A stretch of DNA of 64,000 nucleotides from the human T2T-CHM13v2.0 reference genome, Homo sapiens: assembly GCF_009914755.1 (NCBI RefSeq), contig NC_060931.1; one strand, given 5' to 3'. Both the position numbers and the translations under genes were made by a program. Under the pieces are notes generated by a model that made no database searches, was not told the origin of the DNA, and saw nothing but the letters and a program-made list of their open reading frames with translations. Shown here piece after piece: positions 1 to 18,292 of this stretch. How positions within the stretch are numbered: position 1 is the stretch's first letter; each line of letters starts with the position of its first letter.

Positions 1-129
1 GGGGCACATTCCTATAGTCCCAGCTACTTTGGAGGCTGAAGTGGGAGGATCAAAGTGGAAGCTGCAGAAGTAGAAGCTGCAGTGAGCTCTGATCCCACTG
101 CACTCCAGCCTGGGTGACAGAGTGAGAAA

Positions 130-130
<1 letters not shown>

Positions 131-161
<31 letters not shown>

Positions 162-184
162 CCCTCATCTCAGTCTGCCCAGCC

Positions 185-223
<39 letters not shown>

Positions 224-247
224 CCTCATCTCAGTCTGCCCAGCCTT
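131..247. repeat. Duplicated unit: (CA)n plus CCTCATCTCAGTCTGCCCAGCCTT, two copies
   Basis: Seen directly: two CA runs, each followed by the same 24-mer. Confidence 0.92.
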
Positions 248-944
248 GACTAGTGAAAAAGGTCTTCTGGTTACAGAAGACGTATGCTCTTTTTTAGGAC
301 CGGGATGGACCAGCAAGCTTGTTCACAGCCTTTCCCTCATCCTCTGCTTAGTTTTCCAAGAAACTTCAGGTGGAAAGGGAGTCCCTGGGGAAAAGACCTA
401 ACTCATCAGGTTACCAAAGGAGAAATTTGCATCCTTTGTCAATTAATAAATGGAACACCTGCCTTAAAAACCAGGGAGTTCTGCTAGGGTGAATCACTCC
501 CTACAACCCTGACCTATGCAGGGAATGTAAAAACCTGGAGTTTGGGGACCTATAATATTGAAGGCCACATTGCAGATGTGGAGACCTTACCAAAGTACAG
601 CCTTTCCACAAAGCACTACCGAACACCAGCTGGCTGTCTCCATGGGACACCGCTGTATCTCTGGCTCTCGTTTCCCCCAGAGATGCTCTATTCCAGCCTT
701 CTCTTACATTTTGTATCCTGCACAGTTCCTGGCATAAGGACTTACAACATATCAGGCTGCTATGTTAATGGTGATCTACTGCAGATCCAACTTGAGATTC
801 TGGCAGGGCGCTTTGTGTTTGAGAAATTAAAGGGGAGAGAATGGACCCAGCCTGCTGGAATATAAAAAATTTAAAGAAGAAAAAAATATTAAAATAAAAA
901 TTTCTCCTAAAGAGCACTCAAAAGCACACTCCCACCAATGCTAG

Positions 945-1103
<159 letters not shown>

Positions 1104-1831
1104 TGAATGCCACCATGCCTGGCTAATTTTTTAATTTTTTGTAGAGACGGGGTCTCACTATGTGGCCCAGACTGGTCTTGAACTCCTGGGTCAAACTAAT
1201 CCTCCCGCCTTCGCCTCCGAAAGTGCTAGGATTATAGGCTTTAGCCACTGTGCCCAGTCTATTTATCTTTCTATAACTCATATATTAAATCTTCCTCCTT
1301 AAATCACCTCCTACCCACCCATCTGCAGGGATAGCAAACACAGGTCTCAGCAGGTCAGGCAACCTACAGGAGGGAATGAGGCCAGAGTAATGTGGGAGAC
1401 CAGGGGGAACTGTAGCAAACTGCAAGGTATTCACTTCAATAGTTCTTCAACACTGTGATGGTCAAACCAAACACAGAAACAGGAAGCCCAGTTCAGTCGC
1501 CAGCAGCCAATGTGGGATATTTGATCTACATGCTACAGGGCAAACTGCTTACGATAAATGACCTGGTCTCCACCAACCTGCTCTTCAAGTCCAGCCGCTC
1601 CTGCCCAACTCCCTACACTCTACTGACACGACCCACATTCACAGTACTCTCCTGAAACTTTGCTTGTTCACTCTTTTTTTATTTTCCCAATGAATATTTC
1701 TTTTTCTTTTTTTTACTTTTTTTGAGACAGAGTCCCCTTCTGTTACACAGGCTGAAGTACAGGCGGATGATTATGGCTCACTGCAGCTTCGTTATGGCTC
1801 ACTGCAGCTTCCGTCACCTGGGCTCAAGTGA

Positions 1832-2134
<303 letters not shown>

Positions 2135-2443
2135 TGAACTCCTGACCTCAGATGATCTGCCCACGTCGGCCTCCCAAAGTGCTGGGATTACAAGTGTGAG
2201 CCACCGTGCCTGGCCAGTTTATTATTTTTTCTAGAGACAGGGTCTCACTACGTTGCCCAGGCTGGCCTTGAACTCCTGGGCACAAGCAATCCTCTGGCCC
2301 CCACCTTCCAAAAAGCTGGGATTACAGGCTTGCGCCAACACATCAGGCCCTAACAAACACTTCTTGAGCTCCTACTATATACCAGGCACTATAATAGGTG
2401 CCCAGGAAACAGCGGTGAACAAGGTATAACAGTTTCTGCCCTT

Positions 2444-2747
2444 GGCCGGGCGTGGTGGCTCATGCCTGTAATCCCAGCACTTTGGGAAGCCGAGGCCGGT
2501 GAATCACCTGAAGTCAGGAGTTCGAGACCAGCCTGACGAACATGGTGAAACCCTGTCTCTATTAAAAGTATAAAAATTAGCGGGGCATGGTTGTGCATGT
2601 CTGTAATCCCAGCTACAGCTACTCAGGAGGCTGAGGCAGGACAATCGCTTGAACCCAGGAGGCGGAGGTTGTAATGAGCTGAGGTTGCGGCGCTGCACTC
2701 CAGCCTGGGCAATGAGAGCGAAACTCCGTATCAAAAAAAAAAAAAAA
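2444..2747 (+). mobile_element. Full-length AluS with TSD, inside an L2 remnant
   Basis: GGCCGGGCGTGGTGGCTCA...poly(A); TSD AGTTTCTGCCCT on both sides. Confidence 0.93.
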
Positions 2748-2785
2748 GTTTCTGCCCTCGCAGAGCTTATAGGGTAGCAGGAAAT

Positions 2786-3519
<734 letters not shown>

Positions 3520-4148
3520 GGAATCACAGGCCAACACTTACCAGACTGTGATGAGCACATGACAGAAGTACAAAATGGGACTGAAACGTTCTCCAGGGGC
3601 TTCTTGTTGCATCAGAGAGAGTGGGGTGAGACATCTTGGCTGAGGCTAAAAATGAGCAAAGATGAGAGTGAAAAAGTGATGATGGAGGTAGGAAGAGGGT
3701 TTCCTGAAGGACCAGTAAAGTCCCCCAAGGAAACTAACATTCCTTGTGGCTGGAGGGTAGGGATTTGGGGAGGGTGGTGCAGGATAAAACTGGGAAGGTG
3801 AGCGGAGACCAGCTCTTACCAGGCCCTGTGGCCAAATTAGTTTGGACTTCGTCTTAAAGGCAATGGGCAGTCACCAGCAGGTTTTAATCAAGAACTATTT
3901 TGACCCAAATTTGCCTTTTAGGAGAATTCCTCTGGCTTCAGTGAACAGGCCGAAGTGAGCAAGCCTAATAGTCAGAAAGACAATTGGAGGCCCTCACAAT
4001 AAACCAGTGTAAAAGAGAAAAGGGCTGGGCATGGTGGCTCCTGCCTGTAATCTCAAAACTTTAGAAGTCCAAGGTGGGTGGATGGCTTGAGCCCAGGAGT
4101 TTGAGACCAGCCAGAACAATGTGATGAAACGATGAAACCACATCTCTA

Positions 4149-4358
<210 letters not shown>

Positions 4359-4597
4359 TCACTTATTAGTGCCCTAACATTCTCATGAGAACCTTGGTGA
4401 CAGTGAATTCAACTGTCATTGTAATTCAGCAACCAACACATTTAAGTTTGTGTTTGATTTCCAATAATATTAGCCCTGTGGATACAAGAAATAAGGAATT
4501 GTGTTTGGGCTATCATGGAAGCTCTCTGGATCTTAGACCATGACTTACGCTGAGAGGTAAAGACTTGAGCTTTTTGTTTTTCTCTCTGTGTTGAGTG

Positions 4598-5098
4598 CAG
4601 CGGTCCCCAATTTTTGGGGGAGCAGGGACCAGTTTTGTGGAAGACAGTTTTTCCATAGACTGGGGGCAGCAAAGGTCAGTTTTGGGATATATCAAGCACA
4701 TTACGTTTATTGTGCACTTTATTTCTATTATTATTACATTGTAGCATATAACGAAATACTTATATAACTCACCATAATGTAGAATGACTGGGAGTCTTGA
4801 CCTTCTTTTCCTGCAACTAGATGGTCCCATCTGGGGGTGATGGGAGATAGTGACAGATCATCAGGCATTAGATTCTCCTAAGGACAGAGCAAGATAGATC
4901 CCTTGCATGCACAGTTCACAATAGGGTTCGTGCTCACATGAGAATCTAATGCTGCCGCTGATCTGACAGGAGGCAGAGATCAGGTGGTAACGTGGGGAGC
5001 AGCTGTAAATACAGATGAAGCTTCGCTCGCCCACCCTCTACTCACCTCCTGCCATGTAGCCCATTATAGTCCTGTGACCCAGGGATTAGGGGCCCCTG
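4598..5098 (+). mobile_element. MER1A-like hAT-Charlie DNA transposon
   Basis: Terminal inverted repeats CAGCGGTCCCCAA / TTAGGGGCCCCTG; internal MER1 motifs GGAAGACAGTTTTTCC, GGCATTAGATTCTC and GAGAATCTAATGCTGCCGCTGATCTGACAGGAGG. Confidence 0.88.
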
Positions 5099-5879
5099 CA
5101 AGTGCATCCAAAAGGATTCTTCCCACACCAGTCTTCATAGTGGTCAAGTGCAGCAGCCACTTAGCTCCCAAGGCATGTGCCTCAGCTGGCATTTCATCAC
5201 AATCAACAGAAAGTGGTAGCGTGAGTCATTGTGAGGTCCTCGAAATCAACAGCATCCCATGTCCCATTGGCAAGGAGCTCAGCACTGCCCCTTGGATAAC
5301 CAAACCTATGCCCAAATCCCAGTTGTCTGGGTCTATCTCCCGGGACCCTTCCTAGCATCAATTCTGTATTTGTCAGAGTCCAAACAGGAGACATAAACCA
5401 CTCAAAAGTTTAAACTGTTAAATTTAAAATAAAAAATTATTAATTATAACAGGGCAACAGCATAAGGAGAGATGGCTACCAAAAAGTAAAGAGAACGCTA
5501 GAGAATATAGGACTAGCAGAGGCCAGGCACGGTGGCACATGTTTATAATTTCAGCAATTTGGGAAGCCAAGACAGGAAGACTCCTTGAGGCCAGGAGTTT
5601 GAGACCAGCCTGGGAAACACAGTGAGACCCCGTCTCTACCCAAACAAACAAACTAACAACAACAAAAAAAACCTGGGTGTGGTGGCACACACCTATAGTC
5701 CTAGGTACTTAGGAGACTGAGGTGGGAGGATTGCTCGAGCCTGGGCGGTCAAGGCTGCAGTGAACCATGATTTCGCCACTGCACTTTAGCTTGGGCAACA
5801 GAGGGAGACCCTGTCTCCAAAAAAAAAGAGTATAGGACCAGCTGATATAACAAGCAGTAACTGTCCCTACTGTCCCAAC

Positions 5880-6375
5880 GCTGAGATACCGTGATCAAGG
5901 AAAAGACTCCCCACTAGGGCTGAGATCCAGCCCCCACTTGGAGAGGGCACAGTCATGGGTAATTCAATAGCAGAATTGCTGCATTACCACATGGTTGAAC
6001 ATGCTAGCAATCTGCCCTCTGGAATTTGCTGAAAATTCACCCTCTGGGGTGCTAGATTAAGCTATTAATGAACAGTTGTCTCACTACAAATCCACCCAGG
6101 CAGGTGCAGAGAAACTGCTGGTCGCTGGATGCTGCTGAGCACTGTGCAGGGCAGCATCCCGGTGCTGGAGAAGCTCAGTGCCTGTGGAGATTCGCACACA
6201 ACAACCAGAAAGAAAAGCCTCTTACAAGGTCCCTCTAGTACTATGTACTGACAACATTTAATCATGTACCAGCTGACAGAGGAAGCATTTAAGGAACACA
6301 CCTCTATGTTTGCAGATCAGGCAGTGAAGGGTGAATTTGGAACTGATGGGCACTCATTGGATGGATAGCTGGTAC
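5880..6375. mobile_element. Old ERVL-type LTR remnant (subfamily uncertain)
   Basis: CAGGCAGTGAAGGGTGAATTTGGAACTGA and TGACAACATTTAATCATGTACCAGCTG resemble old ERVL LTR ends. Confidence 0.45.
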
Positions 6376-6715
6376 ATGACATATTTCCCTCCACCAAGAA
6401 AGAAAGGGAAGAGAGAAAAGAGAGAGAGGACCAGGCATGGTGGTTCCCACCTATAATCCCAGCAGTGTGGGAGGCCAAGGCAGGTGGATCACTTGGGTCC
6501 AGGAGTTAGAAACCGGCCTGGGCGACATAGTGAAACCCTGTCTCTACTAAAAATAAATTAGCTGAGTGTGGTGGAGTTTGACTGTAGTCCCAACTTCTCA
6601 AGAGGCTGAAATAAAAGGATCACGAGTGTCTGGGGGTTCGAGGCTGCAGTGAGCCATGTTCACACCACTGCACTCCTGCCTAAGTGACACAGAGAGATCA
6701 TGTCTCAAAAAAAGA

Positions 6716-7890
6716 AATGTTGGTGAAAATGTGGAGAAATTGGAACCCGCATACATTACTGGTGGGAACACAAAATGGTTTAACTACTTGGGGTGTTTCT
6801 TTTCTCGTCATTTTATTTATTTATTTATATTTTTACATTTTTTGTGTGACAGAGTCTCACTCTTTTGCCCTGGCTGGAATGCAGTGGTGTGATCCTGACT
6901 CACTGCAACCTCCACCTCCTGGGTTCAAAAAATTCTCCTTGCCTCAACCTCCCGAGTAGCTGGGATTACAGCATCTGCCACCATGGCCAGCCAGGCTGGT
7001 TTTGAACTCCTGACCTCAAGTTATCCACCTGCCTCGGCCTTTCGAAGTGCTGGGATTACAGACGTGAGCCACCGCACCTGTCTTCTTGTCATTTTAATTT
7101 GATTTTTCAAAAACCGAAACAGGGTCTTGCTATCTTGCCCAAGCTGGTCTCTCTTTACTCGTAGGCTCAAGTGATCCTCCCACCTCAGCCTCTCATGTAG
7201 CTGGGATTACAGGTGTAAGTCACTGCACCTGACTGGTGTAACCACTTTGGAAAACAGTTTCTCAAAAGGCTAAATGTACAGTATCATAGAATGCAACAAT
7301 TTCTCTCCTAGGTATATATGCCAGAGAAATAAAAATATATGTCCACACAAAAACTTGTACATGCATCTTCATAGCAGCATTATTCATAATAGCCAATACA
7401 TGGAAACAACCCAAATGTTCATCAACTGAAGAATAAACAAAATGTGGTGTGTCTCTACCATGGAATATTACTAAGCCATAGAAGGAACGAAATACTGACA
7501 CATGCTATGACAGGAAGAAACTCTGAAAACACTGTGCTAAGAGGGAAAAAAAAGCCAGCCACAAACAATCACATATTGCACAATCCTATTTATATAGAAG
7601 GTCCAGATTAGGCAAATCTAAATCTATAGTGACAGAAAATAGATCAGTGGTTGCCTATTGGCAACACAGAAGCATGGCGGGGAGTAACCTAGTGGCTTAC
7701 TCCCCGCCATGTTCTTAGCTAGTGGCTAAGAACAGTGGATTTCTCTATAGGGTAATGAAAGCTTCTAAAATGGATTGTGGTGATAGATCACAGCTCCATG
7801 AATATTCTAAAAACCACTGAATTGCATACTTTGACAAATAAATTGCATGGTATGTGAACTACATTTCAATAAAGTTGTTATTTAAAAAAA
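6716..7890 (+). mobile_element. Old L1 (L1MB-like) 3' end interrupted by antisense Alus
   Basis: ATGTGGAGAAATTGGAACCC...TCCACACAAAAACTTGTAC...TGGAAACAACCCAAATGTTCATCA...TGGTATGTGAACTACATTTCAATAAAG. Confidence 0.85.
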
Positions 7891-8023
7891 GAAAATAGCG
7901 GGCTGGACACAGGTGGCCCATGGCTGCCTATAATTCCAGCACTTTGGGAGGCTGAGACAGGAGGATCACTTGAGGACAGGAGTTTGAGATCATCCTGGGC
8001 AGCATAGCACAATCCCATCTCTA

Positions 8024-8164
<141 letters not shown>

Positions 8165-9852
8165 CTAAGTGACAGAGTAAGATCCTGTCTCTAAAAAGGA
8201 AAGAAAAGAAATGCAAGTTTTTATCACTTTGTGAGAGTAACCAAGTTTGTAGAGAAACAGATAAGAACAAGAGCAATGAATGGTGAGAGTGAGAGGCTGG
8301 TTAGGCTCATTGCTAGCTAAGGGACTTCTGAAAAATTCATTAGTAAAATCACAGCTCTGGGGGTCAGTCAGGCAGTCAAACGATGAATGTTAAATCCATT
8401 ACAAATGCCCATCGTCTTTCTTTACATCCCTTCTAATGAAAAATTCCTAAGTGCCTAAATAGCAAGTGTTCTCAAATGATAGCAGCTGTTTATTAAAGAA
8501 ATAACATCTCAAATTTTAAAAACCATGAGTCAAATATTATTTTCTTCCTCCCATTTTACAGGTGTGCAACCTAAACAACAGAGAATTTAATTTTTCTAAG
8601 TGGCAGAGCACTGATTTAAATCCTATCACTTTGGCCTCAGAGTTTGTGCTTTATTTTACTTTATTATTTTAAAAGCCATCGTTTTTAAAACCAAGAGACT
8701 TATGCAAAATTCTGCGAGGATTCAAAACAAGCCTCTTGCTTTTCCTGACTGTGGGTGCAGGCAGGGCTCATGCTGCATTTTCTTTACTTATAATTGGATG
8801 GAGACATGATGGATGGAGACACGATCACAGGAGTTCTCTTGGTCATTGTGCACCAGAAAGGAGAGTGAAGAGAGGCACAGGGAAGCCAGTCTTACCATGT
8901 TTGAGCAACTGAACCAATATCAGCCTTAGCCTACCTGCACAATTACATTTTTGTGAGAAAAACAGGCATCTCCCTATTTTGATAATCACAGCTAGCTACA
9001 GTAACAAACAATCCTAAAGTTATTCTTGGTAACATTATTCCTACAGCCTCAATCCTTTTAACTCATTATATTAGCTGTTCATTTCTCCGTTTTTCCTGAC
9101 ATCTAATTGATAACCAAAACCTTATGTTATTAAATAAGCTTTGGGTTAACAGGATCAATGAATGAAGAGTTTAAAGATACCAAAAAAAAGTTCACAGAAG
9201 TACCTGCCAAATGTGCCAACTGACTACTATGAACTAATTTACTTTTGAGAAACATGCTATTTCTTATATGCTACTGACAGTGCCTGTAAAAATGGTGCAC
9301 ATTAACTGGCTGTTTTATTTTCTCCCCAATCTTAATATCTAATATCCACAGACTGAGATTAGGGCACCAACATATACAATGTAACTTCATACTAGAGTTA
9401 GAAGGTGACACGAAGTGTAGAAATCATAATCTTATCCATAAAGTTCCTGTCACCTTGGAATTAACCTCCCCTTTACATAGTCTCATTGTTCACCTTGTTC
9501 AGATCTTTATAGGTTCAGGCTCAGGTCTCTGCGGTCGCGCAGTGTGTCTTTTTACCAAAAGGAACACCTCATGCACTTTACAAGGAGCTCCTTCAGGAAA
9601 GGATGGCACCTCGTGTTGAGGAGAGATCTCTGATCCTCTGATCTTTTCCAAAAGGAGAAAAGTAAAGGTTTGAATGGATTTTTAGTTCTCGGCATTTTTG
9701 AACAGAAATAGTCAGGTATTAAGTTGCTCAAAGATGCCCACAAGCTTTCATAGGAGAAACATCTAATTCATAACCAAGAGTTTATGTTATTAAGTAAGCT
9801 TTCCTTTAACAGGATGAATGAATGAAGAGTTTAAATACTCTAATCCCCATTT

Positions 9853-9955
9853 AGTCATCTGGTATACTCTCTGTATACTCTCAGTCATCTGGTATACTCT
9901 GTCATCTGGTATACTCTCTGTGAGGTATACTCTTAAGTCATCTGGTATCCTCTCT
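9853..9955. repeat. Short degenerate minisatellite, core GTCATCTGGTATACTCT
   Basis: Core copies start at 9854, 9884, 9901 and 9937, with partial GTATACTCT units between them. Confidence 0.85.
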
Positions 9956-9986
9956 TTGAGTATGCCAGATTATTAAATGGAAATTA

Positions 9987-10364
<378 letters not shown>

Positions 10365-10915
10365 CTAATGCGGTTATTTCCTTTTGCATTTATGAGGAGA
10401 TGGAAGAAATACCCATATTTGATGGTTGTTTGGGAACTGTCTTTGGTATTGTAGGAAGTATTTTAATACTGTGAACATGAAAAGATGAGAACCCTGCAGA
10501 CCCCGTGGGCATGGAGAGAAGGAAGTACATTAGAGGATGTTGTAGGAAATACTTTCATTCCAGGCACTGCTTTTTAAACCACCCCTCAACTTTCTTTCCT
10601 TAAAAGAACAGAAAAAACAAGACAAAAGATGAAACATTCCATGTGACCCTCTGCACCCTTATTTGTTGTAATAAAGGAAAAGCATTTTAGGGATTTTCTT
10701 GAGTGCAGTTTATGATGTGATCCATGTTATTTATTTCCTGTTAATAATTTTCAAAATTTCAATTAAAGACATTCAGAAATTTAGCTTTATCACAGGCAGC
10801 TGTTCACAGGTAAAACTAGTTTGGTTACCTTCATCTGTATAAACATGTAGCTAGTGAATTGACATAACTATTAAACTGGAGAATCAACAGAAACATGCCA
10901 AGGACTGGCCCTTAC

Positions 10916-12890
<1,975 letters not shown>

Positions 12891-13149
12891 CTGAAAGTGC
12901 AAGAGAACATAATTTGTGGAAAATAAAATCTGACACGGACATTCTTTTATTTGTATCTGCATTCTCAAGTACATTATGGACAAGTTCCCTACAATCAAGC
13001 AATATTTACTTCATATTGAAGGCATTTTGCTTAGGATATTGGCCAAATCTGAAGAACAAGCTTAAAAAATAAGTACTTTTGAGAGGAACACTTTAACCCT
13101 TTCACTCAAAAGGAGAGTTATGTTATTAGCCAAAATGACCTCCAGAGTA

Positions 13150-14860
<1,711 letters not shown>

Positions 14861-14902
14861 ATGCAATTTAAATTATAAATGTGATCACCACAGAAAATAT
14901 GT

Positions 14903-15712
14903 GTATTATTTATCTGCTGCTATATAACAAATTACTCGAAACCTAGTGGCTTAAAATAAATTCTTAGGGCCAGGCACAGTGGCTCATGCCTGCAGTCCCA
15001 CCACTTTGGGAGGCCGAGGTGGGAGATCGCTTGAGTCCAGCAGTTTAAGACCAGCCTGGGCAGCACAGTGAGACTCCATCTCTACAGAAAATGCAAACAT
15101 TAGCCAGGCATGATGGTGCAAACCTGTGGTCCCAGCTACTCAGGAGGCTGATGCAGGAGAATCGCTTGAGCCCAGGAGGGAGAGGTTACAGTGAGCCAAG
15201 ATCACCCACTGCACTCCAGCCTGGGTGACAGAGTGAGACTCTGTCTCAAAAATAAATAAATAAATAAATAAATAAATAAAATACTTACTTAGGATCTCCA
15301 TTTCTGTGGGTCAGGAATTCAGGAGTGGCATAGCTGGGTCATTTGGGCTCAGGGTGTCTCATGACATTGCACTCAAGCTGTCCACTGAGACTGCAGTCAC
15401 CTAAAGCCTGTTTCCAAGATGGCTCCCTCATGTGACTGCTGACAGGAGGCCTCAGTTCCTGTTACATGAGCCTCTCTACAGGCTGCTTAGGTGTCATGGT
15501 GTGACAGCTGGCTTTCCCAAGTGAGTAATCAAAGAGTGAGCAAGGAGGAAGCCACAGTACCTTTTATGATGTAGTTTGCAAAGTTGCAAGCCATCACTTT
15601 TGCTTTTTCCTATCTGTCAGAAGGGAATCACGTAACCCAGCCCTCACTCAAGGCGATAGGGACTGGGCTCCACCTTTGACGAGAGTATCAGAGATGTATT
15701 TTAAATGACCAA
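14903..15712 (-). mobile_element. MLT1 (F/G-like) MaLR LTR interrupted by an Alu (~14968-15280)
   Basis: TAACAAATTAC...TAGTGGCTTAAAATAA, TTCTGTGGGTCAGGAATTCAGGAG, TTCCAAGATGGCTC, GGAGGCCTCAGTTCCT. Confidence 0.78.
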
Positions 15713-15974
15713 CTATGTTTAATTATTGCAAGTACGGTCACTGCAGAAAAACTGGAAAATAGGGACAAGCAAAAAAAAAAAAGTCACTTGTAATTCCATG
15801 ACTCAATGGATAACATTAGTAGTTGGGTATATATAATTCCAATATTCAAAATATATATTTACTTTCTTAAAATATAAACACACTATATGTACTGTGGTGT
15901 AATCTGCTCTTTCACTTAATGTATTGTAAAAATACCTTTCATGTCAAATATTCTTAATTTTTTTTTTTAATTGA

Positions 15975-16169
<195 letters not shown>

Positions 16170-18070
16170 TAGTCTAAAACTCCTGACCTCAAGTGATTAC
16201 CCGCCTCGGCCTCCCAAAGTGCTGGGATTACAGGCATGAGCCACTGCACCAGATTTTTTAATGGCTGCATACATTTCATCATATGTATGTATCATAACAT
16301 TTAATGAATTCTATTATGGGATACTTAGGCTGTTACAGGATTTCCCTGTATACATTTTGTTAAATGAACATCCCTACAGCACATTTATTTGTAGAATCAT
16401 GACTGTTTCTTAAATCCCTAGAAGTGAAATTTCTGGAACACAGTTTGCATAACTTTAAAACTTCAAATGCCTGTTACCTAATTTGAGCAGAATTTTTACT
16501 GCAATAATCAAGAGTCCATTTGGCCAAATGTCTTATCTATGACAACACCTGCAAAAGTTCAAATATTGATAACTATAAGTGAATTTGTTGAGAGTGACTG
16601 AAATCACTACAGAATGCAAAGTTGCTGTAAAAACTTTACTAAAGAGTGAACTGGCCGGGCATGGTAGCTAATGCCTGTAATCCGAGCACTTTGGGACGCT
16701 GAGGTGAGCAGATTGCCTGAGCTCAGGAGTTTGAGACTGGCGTGGACAACACGGTGAAATCCCATCTGTACTAAAATACAGAATTATCTGGGCATGGTTG
16801 TGGGCCCATCACCATGACACCCGGCTAACTTTTTTGTATTTTTAGTAGAGACAGGGTTTCACCATGTTACCTAGGCTGGTCTGGAACTCCTGACCTCAAG
16901 TGATCCACCCGCCTTGGCCTCCTAAAGTGCTGGGACTACAGCTGTGAACCACCGTGCCTGGCCTGGTTTTTGTTTTTTTTAATATATATATTTATATATA
17001 CAGGGTCTTACTCTCTCACCCAGGCTGAAGTACAGTGGTACAATCATAGCTCACTGCAGCCTCAAACTCCTGGGCTCAAGTGATCCTCCTGCCTTACCCT
17101 CCTAAGTAGCTCCTGGGACTACAGGCATGCAACCTCATCTCTACTAACAATAAAAATTAGCCAGGCGTGGTGATGCACGGGAGTCACCCCTGCTTGGGAG
17201 GCTAAGGCAAGAGGATCGCTTAGGCCTAGGAGTTAGAGGCTGCAGTAAGCTATTATCACGCCACTGCACTCCAGCCTAGGTGACAAGAGTGAGACCCTGT
17301 CTCAAAATAAAAAATAAAAAAAGAAGTTTGAATATAATTATCTTTTTTAAAAAAAGACAATGGATTCTGTTACTATTTCATTATTGTCAGTACAGAGAAA
17401 ATGCTCATTTTTAAAAACCTAGATGAGGGGTAGACCAGTAAACATCATTTGTACACACAGGACCTGCCAACCCACCAGGCAAAAAAGAGGCCTCCACTGA
17501 GCAAGTCTAACTGCTAGATGCTATGTCATATTTAAACTTCATGAGATCTGGCCAGGCATAGTAACTGATGCCTGAAAATCCCTGCAGGCCAAGGCGAAAG
17601 GGTTGCTTGAGGCCAGGAGTTTGAGACCAGCCTGGGAAACAGCGAGACTCAGTTTCCACAAAAACTTTTTTAAAAATTAGCTGGGTGTGGTGGTGTGTGC
17701 CTCTGGTCCCAGCTGCTTGGGAGGCTGAGGCAGGAGGATCGCTTGAGCCCAGGAGTTCAAGGCTGCAGTGAGTCATGATCGTGCCACTGCACGCAGGCCT
17801 GGGTGGCAGAGTGAGACTCTGTCTCCACAATAAATAAGTAAACATCGTATGATCCGTACCAGGGTACAGGCAGGTGTTATCCCCACTTTTCATCCTCAAC
17901 TCTGAGTTGAGTCATACATCAACTCTGATGACTTTTGTTTGCACTCCCCTTAAGTCATCCACAGGAACAGCTACTTTACATAGAAAAGTCAATCTCAGAG
18001 GGTTGACTAACTTGCCCAATTACTGAAAAAGGTAAAGCTTCAATTAGCACCCAGGCTCATCTGATGCTAG

Positions 18071-18292
<222 letters not shown>

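Noticed and set aside
9853-9955. CRISPR-like appearance of spaced short repeats
   Set aside because: Primate DNA, irregular spacing, spacers derived from the repeat itself, and no cas genes.
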